Origin: an uncultured Pseudomonadota bacterium
GTDB lineage: Bacteria; Vulcanimicrobiota; Vulcanimicrobiia; Eremiobacterales; Eremiobacteraceae
DNA length: 64,000 nt
Assembly: GCA_963736005.1 (NCBI GenBank)
Contig: CAVTNB010000001.1
Span: 32,001 to 96,000 of the forward strand
Direction of reading: 5' to 3'
The position numbers and the translations under genes were made by a program. Numbering within the stretch: position 1 is the first letter of the stretch; each line of letters starts with the position of its first letter. Shown piece by piece: positions 40,947 to 51,450 of the stretch. The notes under the pieces were generated by a model. The model was not told where the DNA came from and did not search any database. It was given only the letters and a program-made list of their open reading frames with translations.

Positions 40947-43345
40947 TTACTTTTCTGCAATCATTTCACCTAGCGCTTCTGGCGGCGATGGTTTCCCGAA
41001 GTAGTACCCCTGCAAGTAATCACAACCCAGATCGCCCAGGATTCGTGCCTGCGCCTCGGTCTCTACTCCCTCAGCTACCACCTGCATTCGCAGTCCGCGA
41101 GCAATGCTGACAATCGCGCTAGAAATCAAAACATCGGCTGGGTTTTTCTCCACCAATTGGACAAACGATTTATCAATCTTTAGTGAATTAATCGGCAAGC
41201 GTTTGAGATAGGCGAGCGATGAATAGCCAGTACCGAAATCATCGACAGATAGGTGAACGCCGAGGGCCTTAAGGCGCTCGAGCGTCGGTAATGTTGCCTC
41301 CGTCATAAGCACGGACTCAGTAATTTCCAGTACCAGATACTTGGGAGGCATTTGTGCATCGCGCAGCGCGTTTTCCACCATTTCCACAAAATCAAAGCGT
41401 TCAAGTTGCTTACCTGAAATATTGGCGGCCAGATGGATGTGCCGTGCTCCATCGTCGCGCCACGATCGCCACTGGGCACAGGCCGATCGCAGTACCCATT
41501 CCCCTATACTGGCAATTAAGCCAGATTGTTCGGCGATCTGGATGAAGTGAGCTGGGAGAATTTCCAGCGTGTTCTTAGGCTGCCAGCGAACGAGCGCTTC
41601 TGCCGCGACTACCAATCCCGACCCAGTTTGGATGATCGGTTGATATCGCAGCAGCAGCTCGTTTCGCTTGACCGCATAGCGTAAACCCTGCTCGATGGAT
41701 TGACGGTGGACTGCGTGCTCATGAATAGGCTCGCTAAAAAACTGGAACAAAGTTCGCGCCTTAGTCTTTCCTTGATACATTGCCATGTCAGCGTCGCGAA
41801 TCAGCTGGGTTGCATCGCCACCATCGTGGGGATAGACACTTATCCCCATTGTTGCCGTGAAAAAGAGTTCGCGTTCGCCGACCGTGAGAGACTGTTCAAA
41901 GATGCGCAGAATGTGCTGGGCGGCGTTGACTATGTCCGACACATCTTGCATGTTGGGTATGACGATGATAAACTCGTCGCCACCGATCCGCGACACCGTA
42001 TCACCTGGACGTACACACCCTCGAATCCTTTGTGCCATGATTCTTAGCACGTCGTCGCCGATCGACTGGCCTAATGCGTCATTAACCCACTTGAATCGAT
42101 CAACATCTAAATGGGCGATCGCAACCATTCGTCCAACGCGTTTACTCTGATGAACGGCTCGACGCAATCGATCCGAAAGCATCGAGTAATTGGGCAAACC
42201 TGTAAGCCAATCGTGCTTGGCCAAGTACTTGATGCGCTCTTCTGCATGTTTTCGTCGGTGATCTCCAACACTGTACCGACGAAACGCATCGGTAGACCGG
42301 CGTCATCGTAAGAATACTGGCCTTGTTCTTGTACCCAACGCGTCTTGCCATCTCGGCGAATGATCCGATGGTCGAGTTTGTACGGAACCCGGAGGGTTCG
42401 AGCCTGAGCGATAAGGATTCTTACTCTATCCGTGTCGTCGGGATGGTCATGTTTCCACAACTTGTCGGGTTGAGGCACATCTATGCCGGGGTTCATTCCG
42501 TAGATCTCATACAGTTCCGGCGACCACTCGCAACGACCGGTCACGAGATCCAAATCCCAACTTCCAAGGCGAGCGATCTGTTGAGCGCGTGCGAGCGCCT
42601 CGCTGCGACGCCGCAATTCATCTTCCAGTGCCCTTCGGTCGCTAACATCGGTGACTATTCCCGTCACCCGGATTGGTTTTGTTTGCTCATCGAGTTCAGG
42701 TACGGCGAAACCAAGGATTATGCGCTCGGACCCATCAGGCCGTATGATTCTGCACTCGATTTCATACGGCTCACCGGAGGCTAGTGCACCGGTTAGCGCA
42801 GTCTCGAATCTTGTCCGGTCTTGAGCGTGGATTTGAAGTACGAATTCGGCAAACCCGATCGAAGCTTGCGGTTCATGCCCAAAGATTTTGTATACTTCAT
42901 CTGTACATGACAACTTGTTGGTTGCGATTTCCCACTCGAAAACTCCGGTCTTTGCGAATGTAAGAACCCTCGAAAGTGTTGAACGCGTCCTGACATGTTC
43001 AGTAACGTCTTCAACCACTGCAAATATAGCATCTATTCCCCTCCAGCGTATCGGCGCTATGGCCACATGGACATCAATAAGTTTACCATCGCGCTTGCGG
43101 TGGGTTGATGAATAGAGCTCCTGCGCACCTTTTGGAAGATTACCTAGTCGTCGCCATAGCTCTTCCTCAGATCCTACGCGAATATTCGTAACAAGCATAT
43201 CCAAGAATTCGTCGCGCGTGTAACCGTAGAGGCTGGTAGCTGCTCGATTTACATCGACAAAACGAAGCGATTCAGGATCATGGACGAACATCGGGAACGG
43301 TGCCTCGTCAAAAAGAACAGACTCACTTCCCGAAGGCATAGTCAT
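40947..43345 (-). CDS. PAS-PAS-PAS-GGDEF-EAL c-di-GMP enzyme, frameshift near 42245
   Basis: Three PAS/PAC repeats, HDWLTGLPN, RIGGDEF, AEALVRW, DDFGTGYSSL. Confidence 0.88.
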
Positions 43346-43783
43346 TTAGTGTAAACTTTGAAATTGTAGCTTATTATGATCCATTTCACTGAGTGCTGAA
43401 TCGAAATGGTCGAACCGAGGGCGAGCTGATGTAGTGCAGCAGCTCCAGCCACCCGAAACTCTTAGGGAGTCATGCCATAACGTGGATCGAACGTTACTCC
43501 CCACCTCGATGCTATCTTGATATGCGCATTCTGTGGTAACGGCTCGGTCAAAGTCTATACCGTTGAGAGCTAGATTGCTGACACGCACGGGAAATTCGTC
43601 GGCGTCGAGCCGTTTGACAAGAAAATCGGTTGCGCCGAGCCTAAATGCTTTGAACCTTACATCTATAGAATCGCACGCTTCCGTAGCTGTTACAAAGTAG
43701 ACGAATGCCAAACCGTTGATCCGCTTGAGCATCTGCTTGTAATGCTCATGATTACATCGATCACCATCGACTGCGAGTATCAT
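43346..43783 (-). pseudogene. Degenerate response-regulator receiver remnant
   Basis: ILAVDGD...AFRLGATDFLVK, but the central receiver segment is missing. Confidence 0.5.
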
Positions 43784-43894
43784 TTATCGAGACCACACCT
43801 TCTCTAATGCCGCTCGGCCGCCCAGGGCCCGGTTATCAGAGTCGCGAAAGCTGTACAATTCTAACGATTATAGAAATGCTCGCTCGTGCGACTA

Positions 43895-43910
43895 TGTAAG
43901 CAATCTTACA
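43895..43910. promoter_or_regulatory. CRP/FNR-family-like box
   Basis: TGTAAG-CAAT-CTTACA perfect palindrome (TGTAA-N6-TTACA) in a divergent intergenic region. Confidence 0.55.
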
Positions 43911-43985
43911 AAACGTAAAGCCGCTGCTACTTTTCTCGGTCCGCTGACCTCCTAGCTACAGCACAGCGCGTTGGAGGACTATGCC

Positions 43986-44728
43986 GTGATCGACCGCGAT
44001 AATCCATCCTCCAATAAAGTTTGGTGCGTCCAGCACACGCTTCTAGAGGCAATGTCTGCTAAGGAAAAAGCTGACGCAGCCCCCCTGTTTGCCACCATGC
44101 AACCTACGCGCCAAAATCAATGATATTTACACCTGACGAGCACGCCGACCGGATCTACCTCATTATGTCTGGCCACGTACGTCTTTACATGATTCACGAG
44201 GGGGGTAAAGAAATATCACTCGCTCTATTGGGCCCGGGCGATATATTTGGAGAATTGGCTTTATTCGTCGAGGTACAACGAACACGATTTGCTCAAGCCT
44301 TTGACACAGTCGTGCTGCAATTTGCCCCCACCGACAAATTTCTCGAAAACATTAAGGATCGTCCCGACCTGATAATGGAAATCGCGGCGATCATCAGCCG
44401 TAGAGTCATCAGAGCGGAAATGCAAATTGAGAATCTCGCCTACACTAGCGTCCCAGGCCGTCTCCATGCCGTGCTTCTCGAACTCGTCAATCGCTTTGGT
44501 GAGCCCTCTGATGAGGGGATGATAATCCCGCTGCGGTTATCACAACAAGAACTTGCCAGCTTCGCCGGAACAACACGCGAGTCGTGCTCGGTCGCCCTTC
44601 GCAAACTTGTGCGCAATGGCACGATTAAATTGACGAAGGACCGTCGCATCATCGTCACAGATCGTGGTCGTTTACGAGCAGGCATGGGTGATCGATTGCG
44701 CGCGGCATTCAGAATCCGATCTGCCTAA
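43986..44728 (+). CDS. CRP/FNR-family regulator, frameshift near 44105
   Basis: GGAGG plus GTG start; cNMP domain LGPGDIFGELAL; HTH LSQQELASFAGTTRES. Confidence 0.85.
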
Positions 44729-44968
44729 CCTGGATCGCAACCGAGTAGGACGCGATGTCGTGGGAAGCAATGACAACCATCGCTTTGCAACAGCGACATC
44801 TCCGGCAGTCGATTTTAAGATGCCGCCAGTTGTTACGTCGCTCCACGAATTGGACGAGTTGCTATCCGCTCGCGGTTCATCGGCCGATAGAGAGGTCACG
44901 TGAATGCGGAAGATTACCCGGTGTAGCATAAGTGTAGCATAAGGGGCGTATATCGGCAGACATCTAGC

Positions 44969-45014
44969 CCTGTCACGCAGGAGGTCGTGGGTTCGAGCCC
45001 CATCAGCGTCGCCA
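44969..45014 (+). repeat. att-like duplicate 2 of the tRNA-Asp 3' part
   Basis: CCTGTCACGCAGG...GTCGCCA, 46 bp identical to the tRNA. Confidence 0.92.
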
Positions 45015-45089
45015 CTCAAAAGCCCATGAAATTTTACTTCATGGGCTTCATCATTTTGCTCACCATCCACCGGTGTAGCATAAGGGGCG

Positions 45090-45480
45090 GACATTTGTTC
45101 ACGGAACAGGTCTTCAAGTGCCTCCGTGGCTTTCTCTCTGCATCGAAGGCACAACATGTCCGTGTGGATCGAGCGTGATGCGGATAAAACGGCCAAGGCG
45201 CTCGGAAACGATCTTCGCGTTCACCCGGCGCTAAAGAGCAGGGTAGCGTGGGTGTGGCACTGGTCGTGTAGTCGCATGTGGGGCAGCTTGCAATCTCGAG
45301 AATCTTATTGAAGGACCGTTGGCGAAGATTGTCTCTCGAATTGGCCCGCCGTCGGAGTCAGTAAACACGAAGGATCCAAGCTTGCCGTTTGCCTCCAGCG
45401 CATCGCGGTAGTCGCCCAACTGAGAGAGGATGCTGGGCCGCACGTCGATGCGGCGCCGAGCCCGAACCTTAGGGTGGAGG
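45090..45480 (-). pseudogene. Tyrosine integrase C-terminal remnant
   Basis: Frameshifted pieces FVFTDSDGGP / LPHMRLHDQCHTHATLLFSAG / NAKIVSERLGR..ITLDPHGHVVPSMQRE, a decayed HDLRH...LGH...Y pattern. Confidence 0.8.
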
Positions 45481-45503
45481 ACTGAGTGTTCTTTGGCCTC
45501 GTT

Positions 45504-45713
45504 TTAGCGTCGCGCTCTCGCTAGGATTTCAGCAAAGTACGAATCGGAAACCGTATGCAGCGGCCCCGGACCGATATCGTGTCGAAAAAACAGTTCTTCC
45601 TCCATCGACAGCCATGCAGCCTCAGCCTGCTCTGGTGAGCACCCCTTATGCGCCTTGATGTATTCCGCGATAAAGGCCGCGTAGATCTCTCTCATGTGTA
45701 AGCGTTTGGACAT
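45504..45713 (-). CDS. Small hypothetical protein
   Basis: Plausible 69-aa ORF inside island 3. Confidence 0.4.
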   Translation of the reverse strand: MSKRLHMREIYAAFIAEYIKAHKGCSPEQAEAAWLSMEEELFFRHDIGPGPLHTVSDSYFAEILARARR

Positions 45714-45798
45714 AAGCTATGCTGCCATAATTCTTACAGGAGCTGAATCAGCCCCAAGGTGTAGCATAAGCGTAGCATTAGGCGCGGATATCGGCGGA

Positions 45799-45831
45799 AG
45801 GTCGTGGGTTCGAGTCGCATTAGCGTCGCCA
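45799..45831 (+). repeat. Degenerate att-like duplicate 3 of the tRNA-Asp 3' end
   Basis: AGGTCGTGGGTTCGAGTCGCATTAGCGTCGCCA, 3 mismatches to the tRNA. Confidence 0.8.
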
Positions 45832-45945
45832 GTCGAAGGCCCATGAGTCCCACTCATGGGTCTTCATTATATAGGGTTACTACGTCCGCTCCCGGTCGGC
45901 GATCGGACAGGTCCCGCAAAGCGGGCAGGCGAAATCTTCAACCGA

Positions 45946-48714
45946 ATGGCAGCTGAAAGCGGCGCCGAGCAAATAAAGAGCCCGGCCTCCTTACCTACTG
46001 GCACCGTCACCTTTTTGTTTTCTGACATAGAAGGCTCCAGCCAGCGCTGGGAGCAGCATCGCGAGGCAATGAAAGCCGCCGTCGCCCGTCAGGAACAGCT
46101 GATGAACGCGGCGATTACATCCCACGCCGGTTACGTCTTCAAAACGATGGGCGATGCCTTCTGCGCCGCATTTCCGACTGCCCCTCAAGCTGTCAGTGCG
46201 GCGATCTATGCGCAGCGCTCACTTGCCAAGCAAGACTTCTCAAGCATCGGTGGGCTGGGTGTACGCATGGGCCTGCACACCGGATATGCAGACGAACGCA
46301 ACGCCGATTACTTTGGACCCGCTGTTAACCGGGTTGCGCGACTTATGTCGATCGGTCACGGCGGTCAGGTACTCTTATCTGGAAGCACCCGTGAGCTGGC
46401 CCATAGCGATCTTCCCACCGGCGTATCGTTGATCGACCTCGGCTCCCATCGGCTTAGGGACCTCACCGAACCCGAAGAAGTATGGCAGCTGAAGATCGAT
46501 GGTGTGCCGGCAGACTTTCCTCCGCTTCGGTCGCTTGATGCGCTGCCTAACAATCTGCCCATTCAGCGGACAACTTTCATCGGTCGCGACCAGGATGTTG
46601 CCGCAGTCAAACAGCTCGTCAGCCGTCATCGCTTGCTCACGCTGGTTGGATCCGGTGGCGTAGGCAAGACACGCGTTGCCTTACAAGTCGGAGCCGATCT
46701 GCTCGATCAGTATCCGGATGGAGTCTGGTTCGCAGACTTCGCACCGATAACCGACCCCGAACTCGTCTCCAGCGTCATCGCCCAAGTGCTGGGTATGAGC
46801 CAGCACGAAGGCAAGCGGATTGACGAATCGATTCCACCCTGGCTCAAGCGAAAGAAGCTCGTACTCATCCTCGACAACTGCGAGCACGTGCTCGAGCCAG
46901 TTGCTGCACTCGCAGCTGCCATCATCGGCACGGCTCCGGACGTACGAATCGTGAACACCTCGCGTCAAGTGCTCGACATCAGCGGCGAAGAGGTCTTCCG
47001 TGTTCCCTCGCTCGACGTGCCACATTCGATCGCCGACCTCACGCCAGCTGGGGTTGCGCAGTTCGGAGCCGTGGCGCTCTTTGTCGATCGAGCGAGGTCG
47101 GTGGATAAGTCCTTCACGCTCACGGACGACACAGCACCTATTGTCGCCGATATCTGTCGCCGGTTGGATGGTATCCCACTTGCGATCGAGCTTGCCGCGG
47201 CTCGCGTAAAGGTCCTTTCAGTTCCCAATCTCGCTCAGCGGCTCAACGAACGATTTAAGCTCCTCACGGGTGGAAGCCGAGACGTTCTGCCGCGCCAAAA
47301 AACGTTAGTCGCTCTCATCGATTGGAGTTACGATCTGCTGACCCCGCAAGAGCAGATGCTATTCTTGCGGCTGGGAATTTTTGCAGGCGGGTTTGCGTTG
47401 GAGGCGGCAACACGAGTGTGCGGCGGTGGCGGCCTTGATGAGATCGAGATCTTGGACTTGCTTGCCTCATTGACGGACAAGTCGCTGGTGGTCGCCGACA
47501 CCTCGGGGAAGCAGGAGCGCTATCATCTGCTGGAGTCCACGCGCGCATATGCCCTGGAGAAGCTCGACACGGCCGAGCGCGAACGCTTGGCCCGCGCCCA
47601 TGCCGAGTATTTCAGCGCGCTGGCGCACGAAGCGGACGGACGCTACGGCACGGGCTCGACGTTCGGCTGGCTGGCGGATGTGGAACGAGAGCTTGACAAT
47701 TTCAGGGCAGCGCTGGAGTGGGGACTGACGCAGGGACACGACGCGGTGCTTGTCGCTGCCATCGCCGGCGGGCTGGAACAATTCTGGTATCGGAACGGTC
47801 TTGCCGTCGAGGGCCGGTATTGGATCGAGCGGGCGCTCGAGCGTACGGAGAGCGCTGGACAGCCGCTCATCGTGGCAAGACTCCTGTACGCACAGTCATG
47901 GCTTGTACCGGCCAAGCGAGCCCTTGAGGCTGCTAAACGAGCTGTCAATCTCTATGAATCTGGAGGTGACCGCCGAGGCGCCGCGCATGCGCGAGCGACA
48001 TTAGCATTCAGCCTGAATCAGGCTGGACGGTTAGACGAGGCGGACGAAGCGATAACGCAGGCGCTCGCAGTGATGCAAGAATATAAGGATAAGCACGGTA
48101 TCGCCAAGTGTTGGCGATACAAAGGCGCCATCACAGGTACCAGAGGTGCAAGGGCCGAGGCGCGAGACTTCTATGACAAGTCACTTGCTATCCTGAGGGA
48201 GATCGGGGATGAAATCGGGCTGAGCCTTGTTCACGCCAACGTTGGAGAGATCGAGTTTGCAGAAGGGCACGCTCAGGAAGCACTGCAGGCGGCGACCGAT
48301 GCGCTTGCGTTGCGTCGCGCATTAGACAAGGACGCCTCAGCTACTTCCAATGCCAACAGAGCCGCCTATCAGATCGCGCTCAATAACTTAACGGGAGCGC
48401 ACGCATCGGCGCGAGAGTCTCTTCGCCTTTCACGCGAAGTTCAAAACGCGTATACGACCGCGATCTCGCTGCAACATTTTGCCTCGCTCGGGGCCCTCCA
48501 GGGAAAGATTCAAAGCGCCGCACAGCTCTTGGGCTACGTCGATGTGCAGTACAAAGAGCTTGGCGCTACGCGCGAACCTACTGAGAAGTGGTGCTACGAT
48601 AAGACAGTGGTTGCGCTACGCGAACATCTCAGCGACGCGGAGATAGAGAAACTCTCGACGGAGGGTGCGGCGTGGTCAGAAGATCAGGCGGTCGAAGAAG
48701 CGCTCAAGGCGTAG
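45946..48714 (+). CDS. Class III nucleotide cyclase plus STAND (NB-ARC-like) NTPase plus TPR protein
   Basis: TFLFSDIEGS, KTMGDAF, GPAVNRVARL; Walker A GSGGVGKT; LILDNCEH; LDGIPLAIELAA; helical repeats. Confidence 0.92.
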   Translation: MAAESGAEQIKSPASLPTGTVTFLFSDIEGSSQRWEQHREAMKAAVARQEQLMNAAITSHAGYVFKTMGDAFCAAFPTAPQAVSAAIYAQRSLAKQDFSSIGGLGVRMGLHTGYADERNADYFGPAVNRVARLMSIGHGGQVLLSGSTRELAHSDLPTGVSLIDLGSHRLRDLTEPEEVWQLKIDGVPADFPPLRSLDALPNNLPIQRTTFIGRDQDVAAVKQLVSRHRLLTLVGSGGVGKTRVALQVGADLLDQYPDGVWFADFAPITDPELVSSVIAQVLGMSQHEGKRIDESIPPWLKRKKLVLILDNCEHVLEPVAALAAAIIGTAPDVRIVNTSRQVLDISGEEVFRVPSLDVPHSIADLTPAGVAQFGAVALFVDRARSVDKSFTLTDDTAPIVADICRRLDGIPLAIELAAARVKVLSVPNLAQRLNERFKLLTGGSRDVLPRQKTLVALIDWSYDLLTPQEQMLFLRLGIFAGGFALEAATRVCGGGGLDEIEILDLLASLTDKSLVVADTSGKQERYHLLESTRAYALEKLDTAERERLARAHAEYFSALAHEADGRYGTGSTFGWLADVERELDNFRAALEWGLTQGHDAVLVAAIAGGLEQFWYRNGLAVEGRYWIERALERTESAGQPLIVARLLYAQSWLVPAKRALEAAKRAVNLYESGGDRRGAAHARATLAFSLNQAGRLDEADEAITQALAVMQEYKDKHGIAKCWRYKGAITGTRGARAEARDFYDKSLAILREIGDEIGLSLVHANVGEIEFAEGHAQEALQAATDALALRRALDKDASATSNANRAAYQIALNNLTGAHASARESLRLSREVQNAYTTAISLQHFASLGALQGKIQSAAQLLGYVDVQYKELGATREPTEKWCYDKTVVALREHLSDAEIEKLSTEGAAWSEDQAVEEALKA

Positions 48715-48726
48715 CATAAGGAAAAT

Positions 48727-49137
48727 ATGAACGCCTCCAAACAGATCGATAAGTTGATCCGGGACACTGCTGACTGGCGCGGCGAAGTGTTAGCTAAACT
48801 TCGAAAGGTCATTCTAGGTGCTGACGCTGGGATCGTCGAGGAGTGGAAGTGGATGGGCACGCCGACGTACTATAAGAACAGCGTGATCTGCATTATGAAT
48901 CCGCATAAGGGTAAGGTGAAGCTCGTCTTCTCTGACGGCGCGGCGTTTCGAGACCCTGATAAGCTTTTCAACTCAATGCTCGAGGGCAACAAGTGGCGAG
49001 CGATCGACTTTTTCGAGGGCGACAGGATCAACGAGCGCGCTCTGAAAGCCCTCCTTAAAGAAGCCCTTGCGTGCGACGAGTCGAAAGCGAAGAAGTCAGC
49101 GAGCAAAGCAAAATCCAAGCCTCGAAGGTCAAAGTAG
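48727..49137 (+). CDS. DUF1801 (YdhG-like) protein
   Basis: DWRGEVL...EEWKWMGTP...DPDKLFN...RAID. Confidence 0.85.
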   Translation: MNASKQIDKLIRDTADWRGEVLAKLRKVILGADAGIVEEWKWMGTPTYYKNSVICIMNPHKGKVKLVFSDGAAFRDPDKLFNSMLEGNKWRAIDFFEGDRINERALKALLKEALACDESKAKKSASKAKSKPRRSK

Positions 49138-49207
49138 ATTGAGGTTGTATCGCGAAGAATTTCGCCCCGGGATATTCTTCTCCGGTCACGATACCTCCAT
49201 CATCGCA

Positions 49208-49456
49208 TCAAGACTCAGCGTGGTCCCTACTCAAGCGATCGTGCTCGACGCGATTTTGAGTTGAGGCGCGGCGCACGCTATCCGCAAGAAGAATCGCGAG
49301 ACCCATGAACAGAACAATCGGGCGCACGCTGGCGTTGGCGACGTGTGGGAGCACGAACCACACGAGCAACAACCAGACGCAGATCGATAGCGACAATGCA
49401 CCGTCTTCAACGAACAGTCCGTAGATCTGTCTCGATACGCTCGTGAACCAGGTCAT
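49208..49456 (-). CDS. Small membrane protein
   Basis: GLFVEDGAL, two TM helices, coupled to the upstream gene by a 4-bp overlap. Confidence 0.7.
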   Translation of the reverse strand: MTWFTSVSRQIYGLFVEDGALSLSICVWLLLVWFVLPHVANASVRPIVLFMGLAILLADSVRRASTQNRVEHDRLSRDHAES

Positions 49457-50223
49457 GTCGCTGAAACTGGCGCTCTGCGCTGTGGCCGTGGCTGCGACCG
49501 CCGGCAGAGCACAATCGTGACCAACGAAGTGAAGAGATAGCCCACGACGAGGCCGACGATGGCTACGTCCTTACCGATCCATTTCAAGCCTAGCCCCTCG
49601 CCGAACCAGAAGGTGCCGAATGCGGAAAGCAAGATCCCTACGGCGAACTTGAGGCCGTTTTCGGGCACGTGCGAGAGCGGACGCTGCAACACGGCGCCTG
49701 CCGTTACCACTAAAACTCCGGCGACCGCGGCCCCCACGCTCGCCGGTATGAGCGCGTTGGCCGTGGCGCCGACCGCGATCACAATGAATACCACTTCGAG
49801 GCCCTCAAGGGTCACCGATTTGAATGATGCTAGAAACCCGATGACGTCCAGACCTCTTGGACTCCCGCCGTTCGCGGCCTGCAATTCCCGCTTCTCCTGC
49901 TCGAACGCACTTGTTTCGTCGTGCATACCAATCGCGCCGCTCGCCCGGAGTATCGCTTTGCGCAACCAACGCATGCCGAAGAGAATGAGCAACCAACCGA
50001 CGGCAATCTGCAGCCACGTGATTGGGAATCGGCTCAGCAGTGGGCCGAAGATCAGCACGAGCAATCCGAGCAGCGCGATCGCCGCGGCCGAACCAATGAG
50101 CGCCGACCGCCAGCCTCGCGTAATACCGACCGCGAGTACAACCGTTAACGCCTCGACGAACTCGACCATGGAAGCCAAGAACGCGGGCAGCGTCGCGGTC
50201 CAGACCTGCGTCATAGGATGCAT
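49453..50223 (-). CDS. COG4280-like membrane protein (possible metal transporter)
   Basis: Duplicated acidic motifs VEFVEALTVVLAVG and LEGLEVVFIVIAVG; VPENGLKF. Confidence 0.75.
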   Translation of the reverse strand: MHPMTQVWTATLPAFLASMVEFVEALTVVLAVGITRGWRSALIGSAAAIALLGLLVLIFGPLLSRFPITWLQIAVGWLLILFGMRWLRKAILRASGAIGMHDETSAFEQEKRELQAANGGSPRGLDVIGFLASFKSVTLEGLEVVFIVIAVGATANALIPASVGAAVAGVLVVTAGAVLQRPLSHVPENGLKFAVGILLSAFGTFWFGEGLGLKWIGKDVAIVGLVVGYLFTSLVTIVLCRRSQPRPQRRAPVSAT

Positions 50224-50286
50224 AATTTAGTCTCTCCCAGCCAGCTACTGCCTAGGCGCCCAGCGTGCCGCGATAAACTGTTGCTT

Positions 50287-50688
50287 TCATATTTTACCTA
50301 AATATTGCCCGTCGCTGACTTTCTCTAACCAGTCGACGTTCTTGCCGTCGAGCTTCTCTTGGATGGCGATATGCGTCATCGCAGTGGTCGGTGTCGCACC
50401 ATGCCAATGTTTCTCATTAGGCGCAATCAACACAACGTCGCCCGGGCGAATTTCCTCGATAGGGCCGTCCCAGCGCTGTACGCGGCCGCAACCGGTCGTC
50501 ACGATCAGGGTTTGTCCCAGCGGATGCGTGTGCCACGCGGTTCGAGCGCAGGGCTCAAACGTGACGCTCGCACCGGTGGCTCGGGCTGGATCATCCCTAT
50601 CAAAGAGGGGATCGACTCGGACGGTGCCAGTGAAATACGCTGCCGGCCCCTGCCCCGACGGCTGCGAGCCAACGCGTTTGATTTCCAT
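50287..50688 (-). CDS. Cupin domain protein
   Basis: [12 protein letters not shown]...EKHWHGA...MTHIAIQE. Confidence 0.9.
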   Translation of the reverse strand: MEIKRVGSQPSGQGPAAYFTGTVRVDPLFDRDDPARATGASVTFEPCARTAWHTHPLGQTLIVTTGCGRVQRWDGPIEEIRPGDVVLIAPNEKHWHGATPTTAMTHIAIQEKLDGKNVDWLEKVSDGQYLGKI

Positions 50689-50707
50689 TGTAAATTCCTT
50701 TGGTTGA

Positions 50708-51370
50708 TTACCTCGATCCCGAGACGGTAAAGTTCTCGTTGTTTTTCCCGCGCAAAGATTTGCCGTCGGGCGACATTACAAGCGTATCGACATAGTGCCC
50801 TACCGTGTTGTCACCGAAGTCCCAGGTCACGGTGTATGCGCCTCCTCGACGAACCCAGCTTGCAGCGTGTCCACCTCCTCCGCTGACCTGACCGTTCGCA
50901 TAAAACGTGACCGCGCTTCCGTTGAACCACCTCCAGGTGCCAACGATGGGATCCGAATGGCTCGATGGGATCGGCGTGACCACGAGGACAGTGGCGGGGT
51001 TACAGGGCGCGAGCTTGACGACTTGATCGGGTTGATCGCTATGATATTTGCTGAACTGGCTGATCGCCGCATCGACAGCACCCTTCGAACGTTCGGTCCG
51101 TACGAGCCGGTAGTTCGGGTTGTGGTCGTATCGCGACGGCCGAGCGGAACCGACGTATTGGATGTTGCACGGCAACCAATCACCTGGGCCGATGCGGTAC
51201 GCCCAGACGCCGTAGCTCGTCTGCACCTGCGTGCTCGCCGACGCGCAACATGCCGACCATAACAGCATGATGACGACCCCTGCGTTAACCAAGGGGCTGC
51301 CTGCCGCTCGATGAATCGGCGGAGCAGTGGACATAAGTTGAGTAGCCCTTGCGAAACGTTGTTCAGCCAT
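50708..51370 (-). CDS. Hypothetical, probably secreted protein
   Basis: Hydrophobic segment followed by IVGTWRW beta domain; start uncertain. Confidence 0.55.
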   Translation of the reverse strand: MAEQRFARATQLMSTAPPIHRAAGSPLVNAGVVIMLLWSACCASASTQVQTSYGVWAYRIGPGDWLPCNIQYVGSARPSRYDHNPNYRLVRTERSKGAVDAAISQFSKYHSDQPDQVVKLAPCNPATVLVVTPIPSSHSDPIVGTWRWFNGSAVTFYANGQVSGGGGHAASWVRRGGAYTVTWDFGDNTVGHYVDTLVMSPDGKSLRGKNNENFTVSGSR

Positions 51371-51450
51371 TAATCACCTGTGCCTTCTGGTTCGGTTAAG
51401 GGTTCAGACTAACTCTAACATAAATGTCGGTTAAGCTAAAGAAAAAGCGA

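Larger units (their letters stand above)
37034..45014. mobile_element. tRNA-Asp integrated island 2 (decayed; signalling cargo)
   Basis: Lies between att duplicates 1 and 2; visibly more AT-rich, many gene remnants. Confidence 0.7.
45015..45831. mobile_element. tRNA-Asp integrated island 3 (integrase remnant)
   Basis: Lies between att duplicates 2 and 3; left end resembles the left end of island 1. Confidence 0.7.

Noticed and set aside
33606..45831. CRISPR array suggested by recurring repeats
   Set aside because: Repeats are kilobases apart, tRNA-derived or 11 bp, with no regular spacers and no cas genes.
48709..48721. GCGTAGCATAAGG matching the island arm motif
   Set aside because: Single imperfect copy explained by a TAG stop plus AAGG RBS; no att site nearby.
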